Shown here: piece after piece, positions 17,780-24,000 of the stretch
Layout: the number at the start of each line of letters is the position of its first letter
Position numbering within the stretch: position 1 is the first letter of the stretch
Assembly: GCA_045403215.1 (NCBI GenBank)
Contig: JAXIOW010000102.1
Span: 1-24,000, forward strand
DNA: 24,000 bases
DNA from: Nitrospirales bacterium
Lineage (GTDB): Bacteria > Nitrospirota > Nitrospiria > Nitrospirales > NS-4
Direction of reading: 5' to 3'
Notes under the pieces: generated by a model
What the model was told of the DNA's origin: nothing
Databases searched by the model: none
The model's input: only the letters and a program-made list of their open reading frames with translations
Translations under genes and position numbers: made by a program

Positions 17780-18651
17780 GCATTCTGGTCAACAAGTACA
17801 CGCGGGTGGTGGTGCAGGGGATCACGGGCAAGGAGGGGTCGTTCCACGCCACGCAGTGCAAGGCCTACGGCACGCAGGTCGTTGCCGGCGTGACGCCCGG
17901 CAAGGGCGGCCAGGAAGTCGAGGGGATCCGGGTCTTCAACACCCTGCGCGAGGCGGTGAAGCAGACCCAGTGCGACACCTCGTTGATCTTCGTGCCGCCG
18001 CCGTATGCCGCCGACGCCATTCTCGAGGCCGCCGATGCCGGCATCCGGCTGATCGTCTGCATCACCGAGGGCATTCCAGTCAACGACATGGTGCGGGTGA
18101 AACGGGCCCTCCGCGGGCGCGACGTCCGGCTGATCGGGCCGAACTGTCCGGGGATCATCACGGCGGATGAGTGCAAGATCGGCATCATGCCGGGCTTCAT
18201 CCATAAGAAGGGGCGGGTGGGGGTGATCTCCCGCAGCGGCACCCTCACCTACGAAGCGGTCAATCAGCTCACGACCCTCGGCCTGGGCGAGACGACCTGC
18301 ATCGGGATCGGCGGCGATCCGATCATCGGCACCGGATACGTCGACCTCTTGGCAATGTTCGAGAAGGACCCGGAGACGGAAACGGTGGTCATGATCGGCG
18401 AGATCGGCGGGGACGCCGAGGAGACGGCGGCGGCCTTCATCAAGCAGAACATCCGCAAGCCGGTCATCGGCTTCATCGCCGGCATCACGGCGCCGCCCGG
18501 GCGCCGCATGGGACACGCCGGGGCGATCATCACCGGGGGCAAGGGCACGGCCGCCGAGAAGATGGCCGCCCTGGAGGACGCTGGCGTTATCGTCGTCCGC
18601 AATCCCGCGGAGATCGGCAAGACCGTGCAGGGAGCGTTGAGCCCGCGCTAA
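17776..18651 (+). CDS. sucD: Succinyl-CoA synthetase, alpha subunit
   Basis: Begins [21 protein letters not shown]. Phosphohistidine loop [15 protein letters not shown] start/stop overlap with sucC. Confidence 0.93.
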   Translation: MSILVNKYTRVVVQGITGKEGSFHATQCKAYGTQVVAGVTPGKGGQEVEGIRVFNTLREAVKQTQCDTSLIFVPPPYAADAILEAADAGIRLIVCITEGIPVNDMVRVKRALRGRDVRLIGPNCPGIITADECKIGIMPGFIHKKGRVGVISRSGTLTYEAVNQLTTLGLGETTCIGIGGDPIIGTGYVDLLAMFEKDPETETVVMIGEIGGDAEETAAAFIKQNIRKPVIGFIAGITAPPGRRMGHAGAIITGGKGTAAEKMAALEDAGVIVVRNPAEIGKTVQGALSPR

Positions 18652-18715
18652 TGGGGGTCCTGTCGCCTCCAGCTTCGGGGTCCTGCCTCTTTATCATCTT
18701 ATGCGGAGGAAAAGT

Positions 18716-19573
18716 ATGAAACGCACGCTCGTGGCTGTGCTATTTGGTGTGTTCTTGCTGTGTACTGGAAGTGCCAACGCCGCATCCCCAACCACTGTTA
18801 CCTGGCACGGCCATGCGGCCTTTGAGATCGTGACGCCCAACGGCGTGGTGATCTTGATCGACCCATGGCTCACGAACCCGGTGAACCCCAAGGCCAAGGA
18901 CGGAGGCGATCCGCTGGCGGATCTCAAGAAGGCCGATTACATCCTGGTCACGCACGGCCATTTCGACCATGTCGGGGACGCCGTGGCGATCGCGAAGAAG
19001 ACGGGCGCCCACCTGGTGACCAATTTCGAGCTGGGCACGAACATGGGCAAGCTGCTCGGCTATCCCAAAGGGCAGATGGGCTTCGACACCCTGATGAACA
19101 TCGGCGGCGAGATCGCGATCGCCAACGGCGAGGTCGTGGTGGCGATGACGCCGGCGGTGCACTCGAGCGGCCTGGGGAATCCGCTGGCCAAGGAGCAGGA
19201 CCCGGAGATCGTCCCAGGCGGCAGCGCCGCCGGGTTCGTTTTGAAGATCAAGGACGGGCTCACGATCTATCACTCCGGGGACACCGCGTACTTCAAGGAC
19301 ATGGAGCTCATCGGCCAGCAGTACGCGCCGGACGTGGCCCTGCTCAATATCGGCGGGCATTTTGGGATGGAGCCGGCGATGGCGGCGCGGGCGGCGGCCA
19401 GCGTGAAGGTAAGGCTGGCGATCCCGATGCACTTCGGCACGTTCCCGGTCCTGACCCAGGATGCCAAGCTCTTCGGCCAGGAGCTCAAGAAGCAAGGCGT
19501 TCCGTTCCGGCAGCTACACCCGGGCGAAACGATCGCCTTCGAAGGGAAAAGGATCAAGCCGGCGCGGAAGTAG
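18716..19573 (+). CDS. Exported metallo-beta-lactamase-fold hydrolase (UPF0173-like)
   Basis: GGAGG RBS 6 nt upstream of the ATG at 18716. Signal peptide MKRTLVAVLFGVFLLCTGSANA/AS. Metal motif THGHFDHVGD. Confidence 0.7.
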   Translation: MKRTLVAVLFGVFLLCTGSANAASPTTVTWHGHAAFEIVTPNGVVILIDPWLTNPVNPKAKDGGDPLADLKKADYILVTHGHFDHVGDAVAIAKKTGAHLVTNFELGTNMGKLLGYPKGQMGFDTLMNIGGEIAIANGEVVVAMTPAVHSSGLGNPLAKEQDPEIVPGGSAAGFVLKIKDGLTIYHSGDTAYFKDMELIGQQYAPDVALLNIGGHFGMEPAMAARAAASVKVRLAIPMHFGTFPVLTQDAKLFGQELKKQGVPFRQLHPGETIAFEGKRIKPARK

Positions 19574-19600
19574 GCGTTGGGTGAGGCGGAAGGCTTACGG

Positions 19601-20311
19601 ATGAGACTGTTAGCGGTCTGCGTGCTCGTCGTTCTGACAGCTCTCTCCGTATTCGCAGAAACCCCCACGTTGCCTCCGGATTATCCTCAGTCCCTTGAAC
19701 GAGAGCTCGCCGCCCTGCTGGAGATTCGGTCGCAGAAGTCCTCGGACCCAAGTTTTTTGCTTAAACTTGCCGGCACGTACTTCGACATGGGCAACGACCT
19801 GCTGACCGACGACGAGAAACGGATTATGGCCTACGAAGAAGCAGCCCGCCTGGCGCAGCGCGCCCTGGAGCTGAAAGAGGCCGACCCGGAGGCCCACTTC
19901 CTGTATGCCGCCGCCCTCGGTCAGGCAGCTGAACTGAGAGGGGTGACGGCGTCTTTGCTGAGCTTAGAGGAGATGAGGATTCATGTGACCCGGGCTCTCG
20001 AGTTGCAGAAGGATCACGTTGCCTCAATACATATGGCAGGGATGATGCTGGAGGAACTGCCCCGGTTTATGGGAGGCAATCCCGAAGCCGCCCTCGATTA
20101 CCTGGAACGAGCGGTGACATTGGATCCCACCTACACTCATGCCCGGCTGAATTTGGCGAAGATGTATTTGAAACGAAAGAAACCCGACTTAGCCACGCGC
20201 GAGCTGCTCGCCATCGTGAACATGGATCGTCCCAGGGATCCCTACGCGTGGGCAAAGGAGTACCGCCCAGAGGCGAAGCGGCTCCTTGAGTCACTGAACC
20301 ACGCAAAATAG
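19601..20311 (+). CDS. Secreted TPR-like helical-repeat protein
   Basis: ATG at 19601 is preceded by GGAAGG. Signal peptide MRLLAVCVLVVLTALSVFA/ET. The rest is helical-repeat-like (…ALDYLERAVTLDPTYTHARLNLAKMYL…). Confidence 0.6.
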   Translation: MRLLAVCVLVVLTALSVFAETPTLPPDYPQSLERELAALLEIRSQKSSDPSFLLKLAGTYFDMGNDLLTDDEKRIMAYEEAARLAQRALELKEADPEAHFLYAAALGQAAELRGVTASLLSLEEMRIHVTRALELQKDHVASIHMAGMMLEELPRFMGGNPEAALDYLERAVTLDPTYTHARLNLAKMYLKRKKPDLATRELLAIVNMDRPRDPYAWAKEYRPEAKRLLESLNHAK

Positions 20312-20322
20312 GCTCAGGCTGA

Positions 20323-21279
20323 TCAGACCGAGACGCCCCAGAGACTCTTGGCCACAAGACCAATCGCGTAGGTCACGGCGACCGCGCAGGCGATGATGAC
20401 CAGGTTCGTGAGGATGCGTTTTTTGATGTCCATGCCGGAGAGAAACGCCAGCACCATGGACACCAGGATGATCATGCTGCCGGCCGTGAGGAGCGAGAAC
20501 CGCGCATCCTTGGCGCCGAGCAGGACCGGCAGCACCGGGACCATGGCCCCGGCGATGTAACTGCCGCCCACGACAAGCGCAGAACCAAGCGGCTGCTCTT
20601 CCATCTCGGCTGCGACCGTATCCGCCCCGAGGAATTGTTGTTTGGCCCGTTCCGTGGCGGTGACTTCCTTCTCGGAGCTGATCGCGACATAGATGCCGGC
20701 ACCCATGGAGAGCGATCCAGCCACGGCTGTGGTGAAGGCGGCGATGAGGACGGTGACCGCATCGCCGAAGGCCGCAAAGAAACCGCTGACCGCTCCTAAG
20801 ATCTCGACCAGACCGTCGTTCATTCCGAGAAAGATGTTGCGGATCTTCTCCGGATTGATCTTCCGTTCGGTCAGGTTGGTGACGACCGTGTCCTCGTGCT
20901 TAAATTCGTCCACCAGGATGTCTTTGACCGCCGCGCCCAGCGGCCCGTTCTTGTAGTTCTTCCAAACAGTCAGGTATTTCCGCACGCCGTAGACCTCGAT
21001 GGCTTCCAGGGCCAGATGGATTGCGGGCGTGCCGAAGAGGCGGCACGTCAGGATTATGGCTCGGAGCTTGAGGCGGCGTGGAAGATCGAGCGTGGTGAGC
21101 TGGAGGTTGAAGAAGTCCTGCCAGAAGGCGAAGTGGGTGGTCTCGACCCGGATGAGCTCGTCCAGGACCTTCTGGACATCGCCTTCCGTCAGGTCGTGAA
21201 GGGCTTTGTACAGGGACAGGTCGAAGAGCTCATCCAGGATGAGTCTTCTCGCAAGCCTGTCGTCGTGCTGCTGTTCCAT
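20323..21279 (-). CDS. mbfA: Erythrin(ferritin-like)-VIT1/CCC1 fusion, a membrane-bound ferritin-type Fe/Mn transporter
   Basis: The N-terminal ~150 aa carry ExxH pairs (VETTHF, DEFKHE). The C-terminal half has the VIT1 pattern GMNDGLVEILGAVSG and several hydrophobic helices. The start lies 12 nt downstream of the preceding gene's stop. Confidence 0.75.
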   Translation of the reverse strand: MEQQHDDRLARRLILDELFDLSLYKALHDLTEGDVQKVLDELIRVETTHFAFWQDFFNLQLTTLDLPRRLKLRAIILTCRLFGTPAIHLALEAIEVYGVRKYLTVWKNYKNGPLGAAVKDILVDEFKHEDTVVTNLTERKINPEKIRNIFLGMNDGLVEILGAVSGFFAAFGDAVTVLIAAFTTAVAGSLSMGAGIYVAISSEKEVTATERAKQQFLGADTVAAEMEEQPLGSALVVGGSYIAGAMVPVLPVLLGAKDARFSLLTAGSMIILVSMVLAFLSGMDIKKRILTNLVIIACAVAVTYAIGLVAKSLWGVSV

Positions 21280-21291
21280 CCCCTGCCTTCT

Positions 21292-22332
21292 CTATTCGTC
21301 CCGCCGGTATTCGAGGTGCTTGATTCGTTCTTCCATCTGTGCGTGTCCAAGGCGCAGTTGCTCCAATTGCGCGAGGAGCGACTGCTTTTCCAACATCATC
21401 TGTGACAACCCCTCCCGCAGCTGGTCCCGCTCCTGGCTGATCCTCTCGAGCTGTTCCCTGTCAGTCTGGTTCTCGATCCGCTCGTGGCATAACCCTGCGT
21501 CGTGGCTCTGGAGTCCTTCCCCCAACAGCGTATCCGTGTGACGCATCTGTTCCAACTGTGTCAGGAGCGCCTGCTTCTCCCCATCTATCTGGAACAGTCG
21601 TTCCTGCACCTCGTCGCGCTCGTGTCGGAGCCTCTCCAGCTGCTCCCTGTGTGCCTGGTTTTCTCCGCGTGCCTGAGACCACTGCTCTGTCACCAGCTGG
21701 AGTTCTTCCTCCATCTTCGTGTGGGCTTGGCGGATCCTCTCCCATTGGTCCAGAAGCAACTGCTTCTTCTCCTTTGTCTGCGATAACTCCACTTCTTGGG
21801 CTTGAAGTCGTCCCTGCAACTCTGCGTGCTGCTGGCGTACTTGGTCGAGTTGCTCAACGAAGGACTGCCGTTCCGTCTGCGCCTGTGACACGTGCTCCTC
21901 CAGGCGCCGGACTCGGTCGTTCGCGGCATTCAACTGCGAATTCAGATCTTGGTTCTTCAACAATGTTCGCAGCACAAAGGGCAATTCGATCAAAAAGGCA
22001 GGAGACTTTTTCGACATATAAAAATCTGCGCCAAAGCGCAGGACCTCCATGCCAAGAGTCATATCGTTGCAATCGGCTTGAATAATGAGGGTCGCCATCG
22101 GTGCGAGCCGTTTGAGCTCGGCCAGCGTCGCGAGCCCGCTCTGACGGAATAAATCCACATCCGCAAGGATAGCCTGCCACTCACACTTGGCTGCCCACTG
22201 AACCGCTTCGTCGGCCGAGTACACCACCTCAATCCGGCTGCCAGGAAAGAATGCACGCAGACTCAAAGCCACTTCCTTGGCTTCGTGAGCCTGCTCGTTT
22301 GCGATGAGGATATTGAAAGGCTCAGAAACCAC
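21292..22332 (-). CDS. Atypical response-regulator receiver domain fused to a ~220-aa repeat-containing coiled coil
   Basis: GTG start at 22332. Residues 1-120 are a REC-like fold (ILIANEQ..., ILADVDL, LIIQAD, YMSKKSP). The acidic pair is N12-E13 instead of DD, and Q85 replaces the conserved Thr/Ser. The rest is heptad-rich and Q/E/R/L-rich. Confidence 0.7.
   Translation of the reverse strand: MVSEPFNILIANEQAHEAKEVALSLRAFFPGSRIEVVYSADEAVQWAAKCEWQAILADVDLFRQSGLATLAELKRLAPMATLIIQADCNDMTLGMEVLRFGADFYMSKKSPAFLIELPFVLRTLLKNQDLNSQLNAANDRVRRLEEHVSQAQTERQSFVEQLDQVRQQHAELQGRLQAQEVELSQTKEKKQLLLDQWERIRQAHTKMEEELQLVTEQWSQARGENQAHREQLERLRHERDEVQERLFQIDGEKQALLTQLEQMRHTDTLLGEGLQSHDAGLCHERIENQTDREQLERISQERDQLREGLSQMMLEKQSLLAQLEQLRLGHAQMEERIKHLEYRRDE
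21295..21876 (-). repeat. Three tandem ~60-70-aa coiled-coil repeat units within the REC-coiled-coil gene
   Basis: Units start at about residues 153, 224 and 287. Units 2 and 3 align as ENQAHREQLERLRHERDEVQERL...EKQALLTQLEQMRH and ENQTDREQLERISQERDQLREGL...EKQSLLAQLEQLRLGH. Unit 1 is more divergent (TERQSFVEQLDQVRQQH...KKQLLLDQWERIRQAH). Confidence 0.8.
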
Positions 22333-22609
22333 TGCGTGGATGTTTTCTTTTATGGAGTTTCCGATGTCTCTGCTCGTAATTTTCTATTACAAAACCGAGC
22401 CTTCGCAGGAATTCATGGGCTTCGGATCCGGAGAACTTTTCGATCGGCAACCCTGTTGCTAAGCTGATTGCCTGCTTAATGGGGTAATGGACCCCATTGA
22501 TACTGATCGTGAACTCATGTGCAGGCTGAGGTTCAACCCCCTTTAACGCATTCACAATATCCGTTTTCTCCAAATGGTATTCTTTTCCATGCAGCTTGAT
22601 GTACGCCAT
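22322..22609 (-). CDS. Small (95 aa) low-GC protein of unknown function, possibly nucleic-acid binding
   Basis: ATG at 22609 with GGAGGG upstream. The basic tail is RHRKLHKRKHPR. The stop overlaps the REC gene start by 11 nt. Hand-counted GC is ~45% over 22381-22620, against ~62% in neighbouring genes. Confidence 0.55.
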   Translation of the reverse strand: MAYIKLHGKEYHLEKTDIVNALKGVEPQPAHEFTISINGVHYPIKQAISLATGLPIEKFSGSEAHEFLRRLGFVIENYEQRHRKLHKRKHPRSGF

Positions 22610-22702
22610 AGTTAGTTTTTCCCTCCAACTCTCGTGGCAGAGGACTGGCAAGGATACGCCGAAATCATACAAAAATCGACTGTAATGGTTTGGCTTTGCC
22701 CC

Positions 22703-23158
22703 CTACTTGCGGGCGTACTTACCCATCAGCTCAACCTGTTGCAGAAGGTGTCCCTGCATCGCTCTCTCCAGATCCTTCTTGGTCGTGCTCGGCGGCAGGT
22801 TCAGGCTGGCGTCGAGCGCGTACAACTTGAAGAAGTAGCGGTGTGTCCCGGATGGTGGGCAGGGGCCGCCGTAGCCGATGCTGCGAAAGTCCGTCGTGCC
22901 CTGCTTCATCCCGTTCGGAAGCGATTCCTTTTTCGGCACGCCTTCCTCGAGGACGCGCGCGTTCGGCGGGATGTTCCACGCCACCCAGTGCACCCAGGTA
23001 CCCATCGGCGCATCCGGGTCGTCGGCGATGAGCGCCAGGCTCTTGGCCCCTACTGGAACGTCGGACCAGTTCAAGGGTGGGGACACGTCCGGTCCGTCAC
23101 ACGTGTATTTCTTGGGGATCATCCCACCGGCCTCAAACGCTGAGCTTTTCAGTTCCAT
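22703..23158 (-). CDS. YbhB/YbcL-family phosphatidylethanolamine-binding (Raf kinase inhibitor-like) protein
   Basis: 151 aa from the ATG at 23158, with GGAGG 7 nt upstream. Motifs DDPDAPMGTWVHW and GYGGPCPPSGTHRYFFKLYALD. Confidence 0.85.
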   Translation of the reverse strand: MELKSSAFEAGGMIPKKYTCDGPDVSPPLNWSDVPVGAKSLALIADDPDAPMGTWVHWVAWNIPPNARVLEEGVPKKESLPNGMKQGTTDFRSIGYGGPCPPSGTHRYFFKLYALDASLNLPPSTTKKDLERAMQGHLLQQVELMGKYARK

Positions 23159-23206
23159 AGTCTGACCTCCATGACCCTTCGACAAGCTCAAAGGAAAAGA
23201 GGGAAG

Positions 23207-23701
23207 TTATGGCTTGGGGCGGTAGCGGCTGATGTTGGCGACGCGGCCGCCGGAGAAGGTCACCTCCACGAGCCACTCGTCGTTGAGATAGACCCACACC
23301 CAGGTGCCGCGGGCGATCCGGAAAGTATAGCGCGGTTGGCCGGCGCGGGTGAGGATCTCCGCCTCGGTGGTGCCCGTCGAGAGCATTCGGTAGGTCTCGA
23401 AGTTGATCTCGCCGGGGAGCCGCCTGACGGGAGGATCGTGCCGATCGATACCAGGGGAGACGGGGTACCCATTCACCGCCGGCACAGGCTCGGTGGGTGA
23501 GCCGGTTTCCTTGGATTTGATGGAGAGCTTGGCCTTCGGCTCGTATTTCTTGCAATCCCGCCCCTCGTTGCGGTTCGTGTAGGTTTCCTCGCTGCCTTGC
23601 TGCTTGCAGAGCCAGAACTCTTCCGGCTCGGCCTGAAGAGGGGCAGGTGCGAGGAGCCAGAGGCCCATCATCAGCATACCGGCAAGCACGATCCGCCGCA
23701 T
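23207..23701 (-). CDS. Secreted protein of unknown function
   Basis: ATG at 23701 is preceded by GAGGAGG. Signal peptide MRRIVLAGMLMMGLWLLAPAPLQA/EP. A two-Cys N-terminal segment is followed by a Pro-rich linker and a small beta-rich C-terminal domain. Confidence 0.6.
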   Translation of the reverse strand: MRRIVLAGMLMMGLWLLAPAPLQAEPEEFWLCKQQGSEETYTNRNEGRDCKKYEPKAKLSIKSKETGSPTEPVPAVNGYPVSPGIDRHDPPVRRLPGEINFETYRMLSTGTTEAEILTRAGQPRYTFRIARGTWVWVYLNDEWLVEVTFSGGRVANISRYRPKP

Positions 23702-23713
23702 GGTCCTCCTCAC

Positions 23714-24000
23714 TCACCCCATCTTCAGCGCCGCATTGACTTCGACGATGGTCTGGCGGGCGACGGTGCTGGCCTTCTTGGTTCCGGCGGCAATCACCTC
23801 ATCCACGAGTTTCGGCTTCTGCACGAGCTCGCGCCGCTGCTCCCAGATCGGCGTGAGGCGGGCCACCAGCGCGTCCGCGAGCAGGCCTTTGCAATCAAGG
23901 CACCCGATCTCGGCCGTCCGGCACTCCTTGTTCACCCGGTCGATGACGGCCTGCTTGGACGCTGACTTGTGGAGCGTGAAGACCGGGCAGACGTCCGGGT
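23714..24000 (-). CDS. trpS: Tryptophan--tRNA ligase (C-terminal part; the start lies beyond the window)
   Basis: The minus-strand frame is open to the window edge (codon phase ends at 23998). The translation ...PDVCPVFTLHKSASKQAVIDRVNKECRTAEIGCLDCKGLLADALV...VARQTIVEVNAALKMG matches the TrpS C-terminal pattern. Confidence 0.8.
   Translation of the reverse strand, partial: PDVCPVFTLHKSASKQAVIDRVNKECRTAEIGCLDCKGLLADALVARLTPIWEQRRELVQKPKLVDEVIAAGTKKASTVARQTIVEVNAALKMG

Noticed and set aside
17341-18516. 391-aa minus-strand ORF antisense to sucC/sucD
   Set aside because: The same shadow-ORF pattern. The sense strand encodes canonical SucC and SucD.
18654-18685. Direct repeat GGGGTCCTG x2 after the sucD stop, examined as a possible terminator
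   Set aside because: I could find no convincing complementary stem. The T-rich stretch that follows is not preceded by a hairpin. Not called.
22610-22672. Longer (116-aa) version of the small low-GC gene starting at 22672
   Set aside because: The internal ATG at 22609 has a GGAGGG RBS, and the extra 21 residues (MYDFGVSLPVLCHESWREKLT) would contain that RBS. The shorter form is preferred but not proven.
22634-23143. 169-aa plus-strand ORF antisense to the PEBP gene
   Set aside because: The minus strand encodes a clear YbhB/PEBP signature. The plus-strand product is Arg/Val/Gly-rich with no RBS.

Overview
High-GC bacterial chromosomal segment (about 62% GC in hand-counted genic stretches), densely coding. 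I found no rRNA, tRNA, CRISPR array, transposase or integrase. The core is a reductive (reverse) TCA cycle gene set. It starts with the 3' end of a five-subunit-type 2-oxoacid:ferredoxin oxidoreductase cluster (gamma, ferredoxin-type subunit, a 251-aa subunit, alpha). After about 4 kb of housekeeping genes comes an 11.4-kb co-directional block: aclB-aclA (ATP-citrate lyase), aconitase, isocitrate dehydrogenase, a two-gene fumarate-reductase-like FeS/flavoprotein pair, and sucC-sucD. A near-consensus sigma70-type promoter precedes this block. ATP-citrate lyase plus a five-subunit OFOR at this GC content fits a Nitrospira-like (Nitrospirota) chemolithoautotroph; that assignment is inference, not proven. 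The housekeeping genes are an Rsm22-like methyltransferase, a double zinc-ribbon protein, a Cys-based dual-specificity phosphatase, mutM and a 261-aa unknown. The right end holds two exported proteins on the plus strand. It also holds a minus-strand string: trpS (partial), a secreted protein, a PEBP/YbhB protein, a small low-GC protein, an atypical receiver/coiled-coil protein, and an erythrin-VIT1 (MbfA-like) iron transporter. Items most worth follow-up: (1) the membrane-anchor-less FrdBA-like pair with Asn at the covalent-FAD histidine position; (2) a 36% GC spacer between aclA and acn made of inverted arrays of GTTAWWC heptamers abutting the acn ribosome-binding site; (3) a tandem 16-aa repeat, conserved at the peptide level, in an N-terminal extension of the OFOR alpha subunit; (4) the degenerate receiver/triple-repeat coiled-coil gene coupled to a low-GC small gene and mbfA. 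All functional calls come from reading motifs by eye. No database search was possible.
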